Source: Botryllus schlosseri
Lineage: Eukaryota
DNA length: 64,000 nt
Reading direction: 5' to 3'
Assembly (NCBI GenBank): GCA_051294905.1
Contig: CM119373.1
Span: 3,722,001 to 3,786,000, forward strand
The position numbers were made by a program, and so were the translations under genes. Position 1 is the stretch's first letter. Every line of letters starts with the position of its first letter. Shown here piece by piece: positions 47,801-57,852 of this stretch. A model generated the notes under the pieces. The model did not search any database and was not told where the DNA came from. It saw only the letters and a list, made by a program, of their open reading frames with translations.

Positions 47801-50721
47801 AATTCAAATAGAAGTAATGAATAAAAGGTCTGAGAAGTACTCAAGTAAGTAAATTTGAAAAGACGATTATGCCAAGACCTCGCATACTTTTAATAGTAAA
47901 TCGGGTGTGGGTTATCTTCGAGATTGCAGGATGTATCTTCGCGACAACGTACACGCGGCAATTTTCGAAAATATAATCTGCCACCATGATACAGCAGTCA
48001 ATATGGTATTTTCACTCACAAAAGTGTTACAAATCAATCCCCAAACCACATTTTGCTTTACGGAGCGTAAACAGGAAATAGTTTTGCGTCAAAAAGTGTT
48101 GAAGAGCTTCTTGGAGGCACAGAACTTCAATATGCAATTGAATAGTCCATTCATATTGAAATGAGCCCGAATACTTTCGAGTGACCTTCGTCAGAGATGA
48201 TTGTCCGCAATTATTAGAGAATTGGAAAAAACATTGCATATCAACAATCGTCTCATAAAATATGACGTCACCGGCATGGAATTTCGAATAATCGGGGGAT
48301 GAGATCGCTTAAGCCCAATGTACTATTTTTTAGATGGTGCAGGAAGTCCTTCTGTAGGCACATACTGGGTTGGGGTATTTTGATAGAAGTCACCTCCAAG
48401 AAAGACGCCAACCAAGTCTAAAAATAGTATATTGAGCTGAAGTGCTCATCGCCCCGATTATTCGGAATTTCATGCCGGTGACGTCATATTTTTGATCTGA
48501 TTGTTGATATACAACGTTCTTTCCAATTCTATACTAGTTGCTGACGATTACCCCTGGCGAGCGTCAACCGATAATATTCGGGTTCATTCCAATATGAATA
48601 TATTATTCAAAAGGTGCTGAGTAGGCTACTATAGTGGAAGAATAGCCTGAAATCATCTACCACCCGAGTAAATCGTGCAAATTGGCTTGAATTGAGTACT
48701 ACGGACATGTAATAGTATTTCGGTACCAACCACCTTTCATTTGACACAGTCGACTCCGTTTAATTCGGACACCGGATAACCGTGACGACCGCTTTATCTG
48801 GATAAAATGCTTAGGAACGCAACAAACGCTATAATTGCACGTAAAAATCGACGGTTAATTCAAACACAGGCTCGCAATCCTTATCGTTAGGTTATTGCAC
48901 AATAAACAGTACTTCGTTCGTTTTAATACAATATGAGTGGTTATAGTGAAACAAAGGCTATCCATGCAGCAACGATCGACAATGAGCTCATACAAAGCCG
49001 TTTCAGATTCATTTTAATTGGATACAATTGCGTGCATCTTTTAGAACAGATTGGTACCGTAAAGTTTAGCAGAAAAATTGAAATTGCCCACCACGGTTAA
49101 GAAGTTGCCTTGACAGTTCGGAAGTTGGTTGCGTTGGTGGCGAATTCATAAAGGATTTGAACTCTAATACCGTATACGGTATTTGTTAAATGATTTGATA
49201 TCTAAAATACTGCACCACACAACTAACCTCAAGGTAAAACTAACGTACGTGCGCATTTAATTCGATGCGCGTCAATTAATGCAGTATAGTGCAGCTGCAG
49301 TACCGTAATTTGAATACCTCGTTTGCCTCTACGCACGACCATGAAGCGCACAGTTTATTTACCGCTTAACTCTTTCAAAAGTGAGAAAACCAAATTGTCT
49401 GAATTCAGCAGAGTCGACTGTAAATATGTTTGAATCGTTGTTCACTGCGAATGGCAAATAGAATGCGGGCGGGATTTAGGTGGATAATATCGTAGCTGGA
49501 TTCATGCAATCCTATGCACAGGTTATGATATTACTGTGGCAACTGTTGACGTCGCTCAGCGAATACTCCTGATCCGGGTCGTTGAGAATATCCATGCAGA
49601 TATCGCAACGAGACAGTCTGCAAGACGCGAGAAGCAGTCCAAGCACTATAAAATGAGATGCAGCTGTAATGGAACTCCTAGACTCATCACAGTTTATTAT
49701 AAGCATGCTGCGTTAATAGCTAAGTAGAGTAGAATAGTTTTAAAATTCCTTTCAATCATATTGTATATATAGAGGTGATAGTTTAGGCGTCCTTGCGTCG
49801 CTTCGATTCCTACCTGGCGACAGTGTCGAGATTTTAGTATGTTCAATCATATCACAATCAATCGATGGATGAATGGACAGAAGAATTGAACGAGAGACCA
49901 ACCAATCAAAATACATAACAACATACGGTAGTGATGGTGGTACAGAAAATATGCAATTATGCAAGCACAGTATTCGGTATTAGATAGGAATGATCGATAC
50001 GACCTTCAGGGTCAACTAGTCTGATCACACCCGCATCGAACAGGTACATTTGACTCTATACAGTCTGGCTGTAAAAATGTTAGTTAAAAAAAGAATAAGT
50101 AAACGATGGCAGAAAATGATCAATGAAGCCATGTTTGGGCGAGGTAGGGCAACAGTGATTAAATGCCTGGGCCATACACTCTCAGCGAAGACAGTGTGTG
50201 TTCACATCTAAAAGGGCGGTGCGCGAAAACACAACTTACCTATAGGAATTATATATCGCGGTTATAAATCCTACGGGCTTACGTAATACCTTCCTTAGTT
50301 TCTACGTACAAGCATGGTTTGGATTAAAATGTTGTGCTTGATTTATACCGCGGTGCAAGTCTGATAGTAGGTCCGGGTTTTATGAACCACGGGTGTATAT
50401 TCACACCCTTGAAATCACAGGTGGTACACGAGTGTAAATACCATCGTTTTTCGCTAGGAGTGTGCGGAGGTATTGGGATTGAGTTAAATATTTTGCTACC
50501 TACGACCTTTCGACCTGATGGCTACCCCTGTATCTGTCACGATACTTTTGTAATTGATGCTTGCATATTATATTTGTAGCATGGTATGTGCTATATGGAA
50601 GTTTGCATAACAGTGCATATGTACTATTTTAAATTCAAATCCCATTGCTGCTACTATTCTAACTACATGCTAAATATATATCTCTGCACTAATAAAACGT
50701 ACCGTATATCGGAGTCTTCAT
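26787..50721 (-). CDS. Secreted astacin (M12A) metalloprotease: SP, F5/8C discoidin, antistasin-like, pro-region, astacin, Thr-rich, 3x ShK (~711 aa)
   Basis: Exons 50721-50703, 49663-49535, 46810-46671, 44972-44835, 44298-44154, 43913-43890, 40497-40369, 40273-40228, 39811-39791, 39669-39644, 38863-38681, 36207-36041, 33517-33382, 31895-31738, 29767-29200, 26893-26787 give 2136 nt in frame. Motifs: [19 protein letters not shown] zinc signature, YDYASLMHY Met-turn, FEMDI Asp-switch-like motif, ShK CxxSCxxC, AATAAA at 26753-26748. The join across 40273-38863 is the least certain part. Confidence 0.75.
27269..27730. mobile_element. hAT (Buster-type) MITE
   Basis: TIR CGGTGGTTTCCAA / TTGGCAACCACTG; TSD TTATAGTT on both sides; GTACCAC motifs. 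Confidence 0.8.
28461..28886 (-). mobile_element. MITE with CAGAGATGAGC TIRs (second copy)
   Basis: Reverse complement of 14534-14966; TSD CAAAACAC / CAACACAC. Confidence 0.88.
29935..30683. mobile_element. Foldback element with head-to-head telomere-like (TTAGGG / CCCTAA) arrays
   Basis: ~100-bp outer arms are complementary (AAACAGTGTT...CCCATGAGCACGATA / TATCGTGTTCATGGG...AACACTGTTT). A G-rich array at 30037-30372 faces a C-rich array at 30373-30582. Confidence 0.8.
34706..35385. mobile_element. GACTCGAGTC-array MITE
   Basis: TIR CAGGGTTGTAA / TTACAACCCTG; relatives at 1-240 + 1090-1326, 21290-21378, 24520-24665, 36247-36625, 38440-38575 and 62775-62990. Confidence 0.82.
34983..35092 (+). 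mobile_element. Penelope-like family A terminal fragment nested in a MITE
   Basis: Matches 4665-4772 (GCTGAAGATTACCCCTGGCGAGTGTCAGCCGAAAATATTCGGG...CTGTACCTCCAAG). Confidence 0.75.
36677..36855 (+). mobile_element. 5'-truncated SINE (second family)
   Basis: Reverse-complement match to 58122-58305; ends in a CAAAAA-like tail. Confidence 0.65.
40369..50721 (-). CDS. Signal peptide, F5/8 type C (discoidin) and antistasin-like exons (5' half of the astacin gene, or a separate short gene)
   Basis: [26 protein letters not shown] is signal-peptide-like. [12 protein letters not shown]...YLEIQF...WVQTLNVYY...IFTGN...[11 protein letters not shown]...CLRIDFFSC matches the discoidin pattern. [23 protein letters not shown] matches the antistasin-like DxxGCxxCxC pattern. 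Confidence 0.85.
41597..42474 (-). mobile_element. hAT-derived non-autonomous element retaining hAT C-terminal remnants
   Basis: [33 protein letters not shown]. Relatives at 2285-2880, 34550-35750 ([25 protein letters not shown]) and, inverted, 40700-41455. Confidence 0.82.
42492..43650. mobile_element. hAT (Buster-type) non-autonomous element
   Basis: TIR CAGTGGTCGGGAACCT / AGGTTCCCGACCACTG; TSD CTATATTG on both sides; AGAGCCATA subterminal motifs. Confidence 0.9.
45406..46615. mobile_element. hAT-type non-autonomous element with an internal ~380-bp duplication
   Basis: TIR CAGGGCCGTAAC / GTTACGGGCCTG; TSD ATTACATC on both sides; related ends at ~28060-28170, 39250-39330 and 53001-53040. 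Confidence 0.85.
48100..48610. mobile_element. Inverted pair of Penelope-like family A 3' ends
   Basis: 48100-48400 (minus) and 48415-48610 (plus) each match 4500-4770; both hammerheads are degenerate. Confidence 0.78.
48747..49420. mobile_element. pogo/Tigger-like MITE
   Basis: Ends CAGTCGACTCCGTTTAATTCGGACA / TGTCTGAATTCAGCAGAGTCGACTG, followed by TA on the right; a related end lies near 35922. Confidence 0.65.
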
Positions 50722-52074
50722 AGTTCTCTCAATAGAAAACGGGATATGTACACTGAAAATTATGAAAATGGCATTCAATTGATCAATATCGTCCCCAAAT
50801 GGTTTTGATTATGCGCGACCCCAACCACGTTAAATTGCCGCATAATATCAGCTATAATCAAGTCAATCATACACCATTAATCCTCCCTCCCGTAGCTCTA
50901 CCGTTTGTTTTCACTATAGTCACCTTACAATAGTATATAAAACCTTAAACGGCCTCACAGAAGTACCTTTCATGATCACAACTATACTTACTGCGCTGAT
51001 TTTGCTCAACAAACTGGAAAATAGTAGTCGGATATGATCAATATTAGTCAGTCTCTGAATCAATTAAAATGTGTTGATTAAATCGAAAAGAGTTAGATCT
51101 AACAGACGAACATATCAAACTGGATTTGCAGCATCGTTGTATACCTTACTGACATCATATTATGGCCTTCAGTCAAAACAATGATTTATGAGGTACCACT
51201 ACCTCACTTGGCATTGAATAAGGTAAACTAATTATAGAATTACAAAGCAAATATAGATTAGTCGGCTAAACACCAATATGCCTCAACTTCTGTAAACATA
51301 GAGTATTTATATACAAACGCTATTTTCTTGCACAGGTGCGCTTCTGCTCTTGAGACTTGGTCATATCGGTGCAACCCTTATATATTCAACCTATTCTTCG
51401 TAAACGAGACGTAGCTTCTAATGACTACTGCGCTCGCGTGTAATATTGTCAGGCAATACAGAACACGTATTTATATTGCTGTGTGATAACTTTGATGGCA
51501 ATTTTGATGCCTTACGTATCTCGATAGCAATTTATTGATATATTACGTTCTGTAAGTGTTCTCTGTCGATTTCAAACACGGTAAATTGCGCCTATCGACG
51601 GCTTACAGCCTTGACAGGTGAAATCACCATATATATCTATTGTTTGAGAAACGATGTAGGCCCTATTGCCTCAAATCCGGACGTGCAAGTATGGGTAATT
51701 GGCGCGGCACGGCAAGATTTATCGTAGTCCGTAATGCGCAAGTTTTTTCGTACAGGACTAGTGCGGTAATATAGAAATCGTGCCTTTATACTACCAATCC
51801 ATACGTAGCCTATTCGGGCTACCAGGGTCACTTGTCATGGTGTCATAGATAGTTGTTTCTTGATCGTTTAAGCGATCGTACCCCTTGATCGTTCAATGAC
51901 ATTTCTCGTAGCCCCTGCCAATTTTCAACACATCTTCTGATGATACCAATGTTAAAATCAAAGGGACCATGACATGAAATCGCGGAAATTCTTGTGTTGA
52001 ATAAATTTGCACCGAAACGATTCCACTTTTGGTCGGCTTTCAAAGAAATTCTGGGTTCTGGATAGAGTCTAGGC

Positions 52075-53254
52075 CAGGGGTTCTCAAAGGGTGGGCCATG
52101 GCCCACTGGTGGGCCACAAGAGCATTTGAGGTGGGCCACAGAGCTATTTGGAAATTTTTAGAAATATTGCAAGTTTAGTAATATTTGTTGTGTTAATCGC
52201 TAAAAAAATAAATTTATATTAGTTGATCATACGTAGGCTACATTAAGCTTTTCGTCCGACTCTGATGAGACGTAGTGGTACGTACGGAGTCAGCATTTCA
52301 AGTCGAAAATGGGAGGCAGAAACGGCGGCTTTTTCCACTGGCTATGACTACCTATGGCTAAAAGGAACTAAAATAATTTCGCGTATATAATACCTGCTGG
52401 AAGGTAATGCTAAAGTAACCAAGTATTCCGGCAGGGTCATATTGTCGTATGCCGCTGAAAGGGGTGTGCAGTAAACTCGGAATGAAGTGTAACTGATGTA
52501 TCGATTTACTGTACTTCGGCAGTTCGTATTATTGTAAGTTAAAATGGCCATAATTACAAATTATTAGCAACTTCTGGTGGAGGTATATTGCACCACCGAA
52601 TATTAATGGATTGAGGGTTCAGCGGAGCGCATTATTATTTGAAGTCTGTTTAAAATGTCATGCCCGCAAATCAATGTACATAATGTAAGAGTCACATAAA
52701 TTGATAGTATCACTGGATTGAATATTCCGACATCGCAACTTCAGTTGGTTCAGTACGTGACATAGAATGTAGTAGCCTACATTGTACAGCATGCATAATA
52801 TGAAAATCTTCCTCCACTCCTCTTTAGTACCCCATTCACCAATGAATTGTTTGAAGCTGGCCCAGAATGATTATATTGTTCCCCTCAATAGTGGAACGAA
52901 AATCCCAATCACACAGTGTACGCGGTAATTCGATCATTGTGTTTCGCGAAGCGAATGGAGCAGCGGACGATCATAAATAAAGTTTTAGCATATGATCTAC
53001 CAGAGCCGTAACTGCCGCACCCAAACCCCCAATTGGTGGAGCTAGAAGACTATTTCGTTGGTCGTTTGTTGGAAGATATTCATTCAACTTGAAAATTTTC
53101 GTCGCGCTTTGCGCGAATTCGTGACCCGGCGTGTTTATACTTTGATGTCATCAATAAATAAGGAGAAAATATGACTTTAAGATTAGAGGTGGGCCACAGC
53201 ACGTTTTCAAACCGGAAAATGGGCCACGGCCAAGAAAGGGTTGAGAAACCCCTG
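52075..53254. mobile_element. hAT (Buster-type) non-autonomous element
   Basis: TIR CAGGGGTTCTCAA / TTGAGAAACCCCTG; TSD GTCTAGGC on both sides; GTGGGCCA motifs. Confidence 0.88.
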
Positions 53255-53628
53255 GTCTAGGCCAAATTCCGCAATGCATCTCGTACCTCCTCATTTCGCG
53301 TTTCGTACCACCAAGCGGTCCACAGACCCCAGGTTGGCGTCTCCTGAATTAGATTAATTACAGCGAAAGGCCAGTAATCTAATACCAGTCTAATTTGTGA
53401 ATTTTTTGCTTTCATTTAAATTTTAATATAATTTGTAGTTTTCATGAAAATGCTATAGGAGGACTGTATAATGCGAAACGAAACAAGCTTGGTGTGGAGA
53501 TATTTGTCATTCCTATGCTTACGAGATTAAACTCAGATTTGCTACGAGCTGGACTTGATTTTTGTTGCATTTCATTTGCGAGTTCACTAATATTGCGGCA
53601 AACGATACGTTCATATTGCCAAATTTAT

Positions 53629-53668
53629 TCCGCTGGAAGCTTTTCGACTGGCTCCCTTCAGCAGTGAG
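53629..53668 (-). ncRNA. Hammerhead ribozyme variant (PLE family B, left arm)
   Basis: Reverse complement reads cactg-CTGAAGG-gagccagtc-GAAA-agct-TC-cagcg. Core A9 is changed to G and stem I has a mismatch. Confidence 0.65.
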
Positions 53669-54010
53669 CGCCAGTAAATGAGGTTAACCAAGTTCGAAAT
53701 ATAGAAAGAATTTTGTCGTTGTGGCGTAATAATGACAAGCACACACAAAATCAGTTGTAAAACAGCCGAATAACAAAACAACACTAATGGAAGATTCCCA
53801 GCGTTTAGAGATGTTCCTTGTGGCGACAGAGGATCGGCTTTTGCAACTTTATAATGGTTGATTCAAGGACCTTTAAATGAGAAAGAGAACGACCACGAGT
53901 AACTATGGAAAACTCAAATTAAATCAACCATTATAAAGCTGCAAAATCCGATCCTCTGTCGCCAGAAGTAACATCTCTACACGCTGGGAATCTTCCATTA
54001 GTGTTGTTTT

Positions 54011-56906
54011 CAGAGATGCCACTGAGATATTTTGGAAAAACCCATATCTGAGCACTAAAAAAACCCAGAAAAACCCAGATCTTGTATTTCGCCTAAATTA
54101 CCATAATTCGCCTGTAATGAATAAAAAGAAAGGTGCGTTAGTCCTTTTGCGTCAATGCAATACGTCCAAACCTAATATTAGACAAAGATTTGACGAGGAC
54201 AATGCAATTCAACAGTCATTCATGAAAGGTACAAAATTGGATACATCAGTTTAGCATACAATACATTTAGTTCAATTTGGAGAAGGCTTAAATGGCACAA
54301 ATAATTATGCGACATGATCTAATTGCCTTCACTCAGAATCTTCGCCACTATCATCAACTCTCTGTCGCTTCAATCTTTCTTGATAACGGTGTCTACAAGC
54401 ACCAGATGCAACATCCTTTACCAAATCTGGTTTAGGTGTCCAGTCGAAGCAGTTCTTCTGATGTCTCGTTAAAGTCTGTTTTGCCAACAGTCTGTTCCTT
54501 ACAGTATTGGTTTGAAGCCTGTTGGTTTTCTTTGTTTTGATATGATTTATGACAGAAAAGATTCTCTCCACGCAAGCCGATGAGTGCGGCAAAACTGTTA
54601 AGTGAGTCATGAACTCTGAGAGCAATTTGAATTTCGGAATGCCACAGCCATCTGTAATCCTGCGAACAGAATACCAAAAATCTGGAATAGATTTATGCGA
54701 CATTGGTATGTTCTCAAATCTACGGAAAAGTCTCCATTCGTCATCTAATTTGTCCAACTCATCTTCTGTCACAAGATGTGGAAATTTTTGCGCAACATCG
54801 ATGATTGAAGATGGAGACTTTGCCGTGTCTGTGGCAATTTCAGGATCAAGAATATGCAATTTTGCAATGATTCCATCTTTATGCAGAGGAAATCTGTTTT
54901 TAATTTGGTCACAAAGCTCAATCATGAAAGCCTGGCAGTCCCTTCTAAACATGAGGTCACCACAAGAAGGACTTATAGGTACCGAACACAGCATTGACAT
55001 ACATCGGCCACCAAGATATAGGTCCTTCATTGGCTTATGCAGAAGCTGATCATTTGGGTCAATATCTGCGATATTGAATGAAGTCAGTACTTGGTCTTTG
55101 ATGAAGCAGCTTAATATATCTCTATACTGAGAAATTATCATTGAATGGAGAACATGCAATCTGAAACTCTCCGATTGAAATTCAGTATTCAGTCCATCAA
55201 CCTTGTCCAAAATATAATTAAAAAAAAGAAGCATGTGCTTGGTGCCATTGTTTTTCATAGTCTGATAGATCGCATTACTCCCTTCGACTTTGTCAGACAA
55301 AGATTCCTTTTGGAAGTAGAGGATTAATGCATCCCATTGTTCAAGTATTGACTTGATTAAATTGCCACGCGAAAGCCAACGCGTTTGAGCCAATTTAGGA
55401 ATTCGGTGCTGCTCTGTCTTCGATACCTCTTGCATTTCCGTGAATTCGTGCAATCGCTTGCTGCTTCGTGAGAAGAAAGAGGATATGTCTTTCATGAAGA
55501 TTTCAAGGTATGATGGCAATACCTTTACTGCATGACTAGCACACAATGCAAATGAATGGCAAACACATCCCATAGTAAATACTGACGGAATTTCGTTCTT
55601 CAGCAAAGCTTGGAAGCCACTTTTTCGTCCCATCATTGTGGAACAATTATCACTACCAAACCCAACAATATTGGAGATAGGTATCCCCTTTTCATCCAAA
55701 GACCTTTTAACTGCCTCGTATAATCCTGCTGAAGTTCCTGAATCAACGTCTACCGTATCTAGTAGCCTATCTGCAACATCTGATTTCACGGTGTCGAAGT
55801 ATCGCACGACAATGGCTAACACTTGAGACACTGATATATCTGTGCTTTCGTCAATGATCAATGAAAACTTCGAGTTTTTACAGATATCACTCATCTCCAG
55901 TTTTTCATGAAAAGCAATTCCTTCCTGAAGAATGTATGAAGCTTTTGTTTTGCTCATACATATCGACTTTGATATCTTACTATCACTGAAGGCATTTTTA
56001 CAGACTTTCACCAAGTGATCGCACTGAGAAAATGGCACGTGGTGTTCTGCAATAAAAGCAGTAATCAGAAGTTCCGCTTTTGCCGTTTCCTCAGCCTCAC
56101 TCGGTTTCCTCTTTTCCATGAATAAATCAATGCTCAGTGCAGATTTGGTTACTTTCATACTCTGCATATGCTTGGCAGTTTTGCTATGTGCCAGTAGCAT
56201 CGATTTATTGGCATTTCTTATTTTTATCCCACAGCAAACACAAAAACTGCATCCCTTCTCTTTCTCATCCTCCTTTAGCCACCCTTTCAGTTTCTCGTCG
56301 CTTAACCAGCTCTTTTTGAAAGTCTGTGCATACCACTTTTTAACTTTTTTAGGACTTGGCATAACTGACTTGAGACTATAATAACGAATCCGGAGACCAA
56401 GTAATTCTTCAAATAGTTTCTATATGAAGAAATACCAGACGGTAAATAGGCCTACATGTAATTGGTCCGCCACGCCACAGATCTGTGTCAGCGAGCGACT
56501 ACATGCATGTAGGTAGGTGTCAATAAAAGAATTAGAGCTACTTTTGAGACTGGAATCAGACTGGTCTATGCCGGTTATACGCAGTAGTAACTAGTAACTC
56601 TACTACTACTACTGGAGCGCTGTTATTGATTCGACTATGATTGACACTCTCTCGACTCGATAGTCAACAGTACACGCGTCGGAACCGCCAGTTGTATACG
56701 TAACAATGCAAATTGGATGATATATCTATCATCAATAGCGCACAGAAGTGTCTGCATTTCTGGATAATGTTACTTTGTCACTATAATTTCGAAACTCAAG
56801 ACTCGAAGTTGAAAAAAACCCAGATTTTCAGGTAAAAAACCCAGAAACCCAGGTGATGCTCGAAAAACCCAGATCTGGGTGGAAAAACCCAGGAGTGGCA
56901 TCTCTG
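54011..56906 (-). mobile_element. Intact autonomous hAT DNA transposon
   Basis: Perfect 13-bp TIR CAGAGATGCCACT / AGTGGCATCTCTG; identical 8-bp TSD GTTGTTTT (54003-54010, 56907-56914); subterminal AAAAACCCAG repeats at both ends; single intact ORF. Confidence 0.96.
54329..56362 (-). CDS. hAT transposase, 677 aa (ZNF862/Tip100-like)
   Basis: N-terminal NLS-like PKKVKK and zinc finger (CVCC...H....H); IIDESTD, GSDN, CVCH, TRWLS and PHSSACVERIFS give the DDE triad, CxxH and hAT C-terminal dimerisation motifs. Confidence 0.95.
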   Translation of the reverse strand: MPSPKKVKKWYAQTFKKSWLSDEKLKGWLKEDEKEKGCSFCVCCGIKIRNANKSMLLAHSKTAKHMQSMKVTKSALSIDLFMEKRKPSEAEETAKAELLITAFIAEHHVPFSQCDHLVKVCKNAFSDSKISKSICMSKTKASYILQEGIAFHEKLEMSDICKNSKFSLIIDESTDISVSQVLAIVVRYFDTVKSDVADRLLDTVDVDSGTSAGLYEAVKRSLDEKGIPISNIVGFGSDNCSTMMGRKSGFQALLKNEIPSVFTMGCVCHSFALCASHAVKVLPSYLEIFMKDISSFFSRSSKRLHEFTEMQEVSKTEQHRIPKLAQTRWLSRGNLIKSILEQWDALILYFQKESLSDKVEGSNAIYQTMKNNGTKHMLLFFNYILDKVDGLNTEFQSESFRLHVLHSMIISQYRDILSCFIKDQVLTSFNIADIDPNDQLLHKPMKDLYLGGRCMSMLCSVPISPSCGDLMFRRDCQAFMIELCDQIKNRFPLHKDGIIAKLHILDPEIATDTAKSPSSIIDVAQKFPHLVTEDELDKLDDEWRLFRRFENIPMSHKSIPDFWYSVRRITDGCGIPKFKLLSEFMTHLTVLPHSSACVERIFSVINHIKTKKTNRLQTNTVRNRLLAKQTLTRHQKNCFDWTPKPDLVKDVASGACRHRYQERLKRQRVDDSGEDSE

Positions 56907-57073
56907 GTTGTTTTGTTATTCAACTGTTTTATAGCTGATTTTGTGTGTGGTGTACCGTAACCGTGCGCTGTTTACGGCCGTTCGCGACTCTGTGTACTTG
57001 TCATTATTGCGTCACAACGGCAAAATTCTTTCTATACATGTATTTCGAACTTGGTTAACCTCATTTACTGGCG

Positions 57074-57113
57074 TTCACTGCTGAAGAGAGCCAGTCGAAA
57101 AGCTTCCAGTGGA
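57074..57113 (+). ncRNA. Minimal type I hammerhead ribozyme (PLE family B)
   Basis: ttcactg-CTGAAGA-ga gccag tc-GAAA-agct-TC-cagtgga: 7-bp stem I, intact core, palindromic AAGCTT stem III; predicted cleavage after C57106. Confidence 0.85.
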
Positions 57114-57852
57114 ATAAATTTGGCAATATGAACGTATTGTTTGCTGCAATATTGAAGTTCTGTACTTCGAAAATCCTATTTTAGTTCATTAATTTTAATG
57201 CAGATTTGAATTGAAAATAATGTGTATCCATAATTCCAATTCAAATATAATTTGGAAAACAAACTGTTTAGTTACAATTCTAATCTAATTGAGAAAAAAC
57301 TGAAAATTTTTCAGGTGTCCCACACTGGACATCTGAGGTATGCAACTGTATTTATGGCTTTACTATACTATACCATTGAATGCATAACCTTGTGTTTGCC
57401 AATACGGAGGGTCGGATGCCTTCCTATACAGCTCGTTACGATAAACGATCTATATTTCGCCCGTTGAATACAAGCACCAGCAACCAATTGTCGCTTTACT
57501 TACCCGTACCATAATATGCCCCAATCTGCATGTAACTTCGTCATGCATATATGCTCAATTGCTCATTGCTCAGTATTCGACTTACCATGGCTTGCAAAAC
57601 TCTATATCAGAAGATAGAGGGGAATTAGGCAATAAATGTGCATTGCATTGCCCAACTATATTAGGATGTGCATGGTAGCATTATCTGACTAAGATGGCGG
57701 TATAGTAAGGATCCAGATCGACTATATACTCGTGCGACTTCTATATCCCAGCTAACCCATCGAAAAATATAGCAATTTGCTTCGAATCTTTATTCACAAG
57801 GCAGGCTGTTTCAGCAAAGACCGAGCCTTGACAATGGTAGCGTTACAATCGT

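Larger units (their letters stand above)
53589..57171. mobile_element. Penelope-like retroelement family B: two 5'-truncated 3' ends back-to-back, interrupted by the hAT
   Basis: Left arm (minus, ~53905-53589) encodes EFSIVTRGRSLSHLKVLESTIIKLQKPILCRHKEHL*, a GIY-YIG C-terminus. Right arm (plus, 53912-54010 + 56915-57171) is its reverse complement. Each arm has a hammerhead motif. Confidence 0.85.

Noticed and set aside
52255..52295. Hammerhead-like GACT-CTGATGA-...-AGTC
   Set aside because: Lacks the GAAA and UH core elements.
54432..56381. Small overlapping ORFs within the transposase
   Set aside because: Antisense or alternative-frame shadows of the 677-aa ORF.
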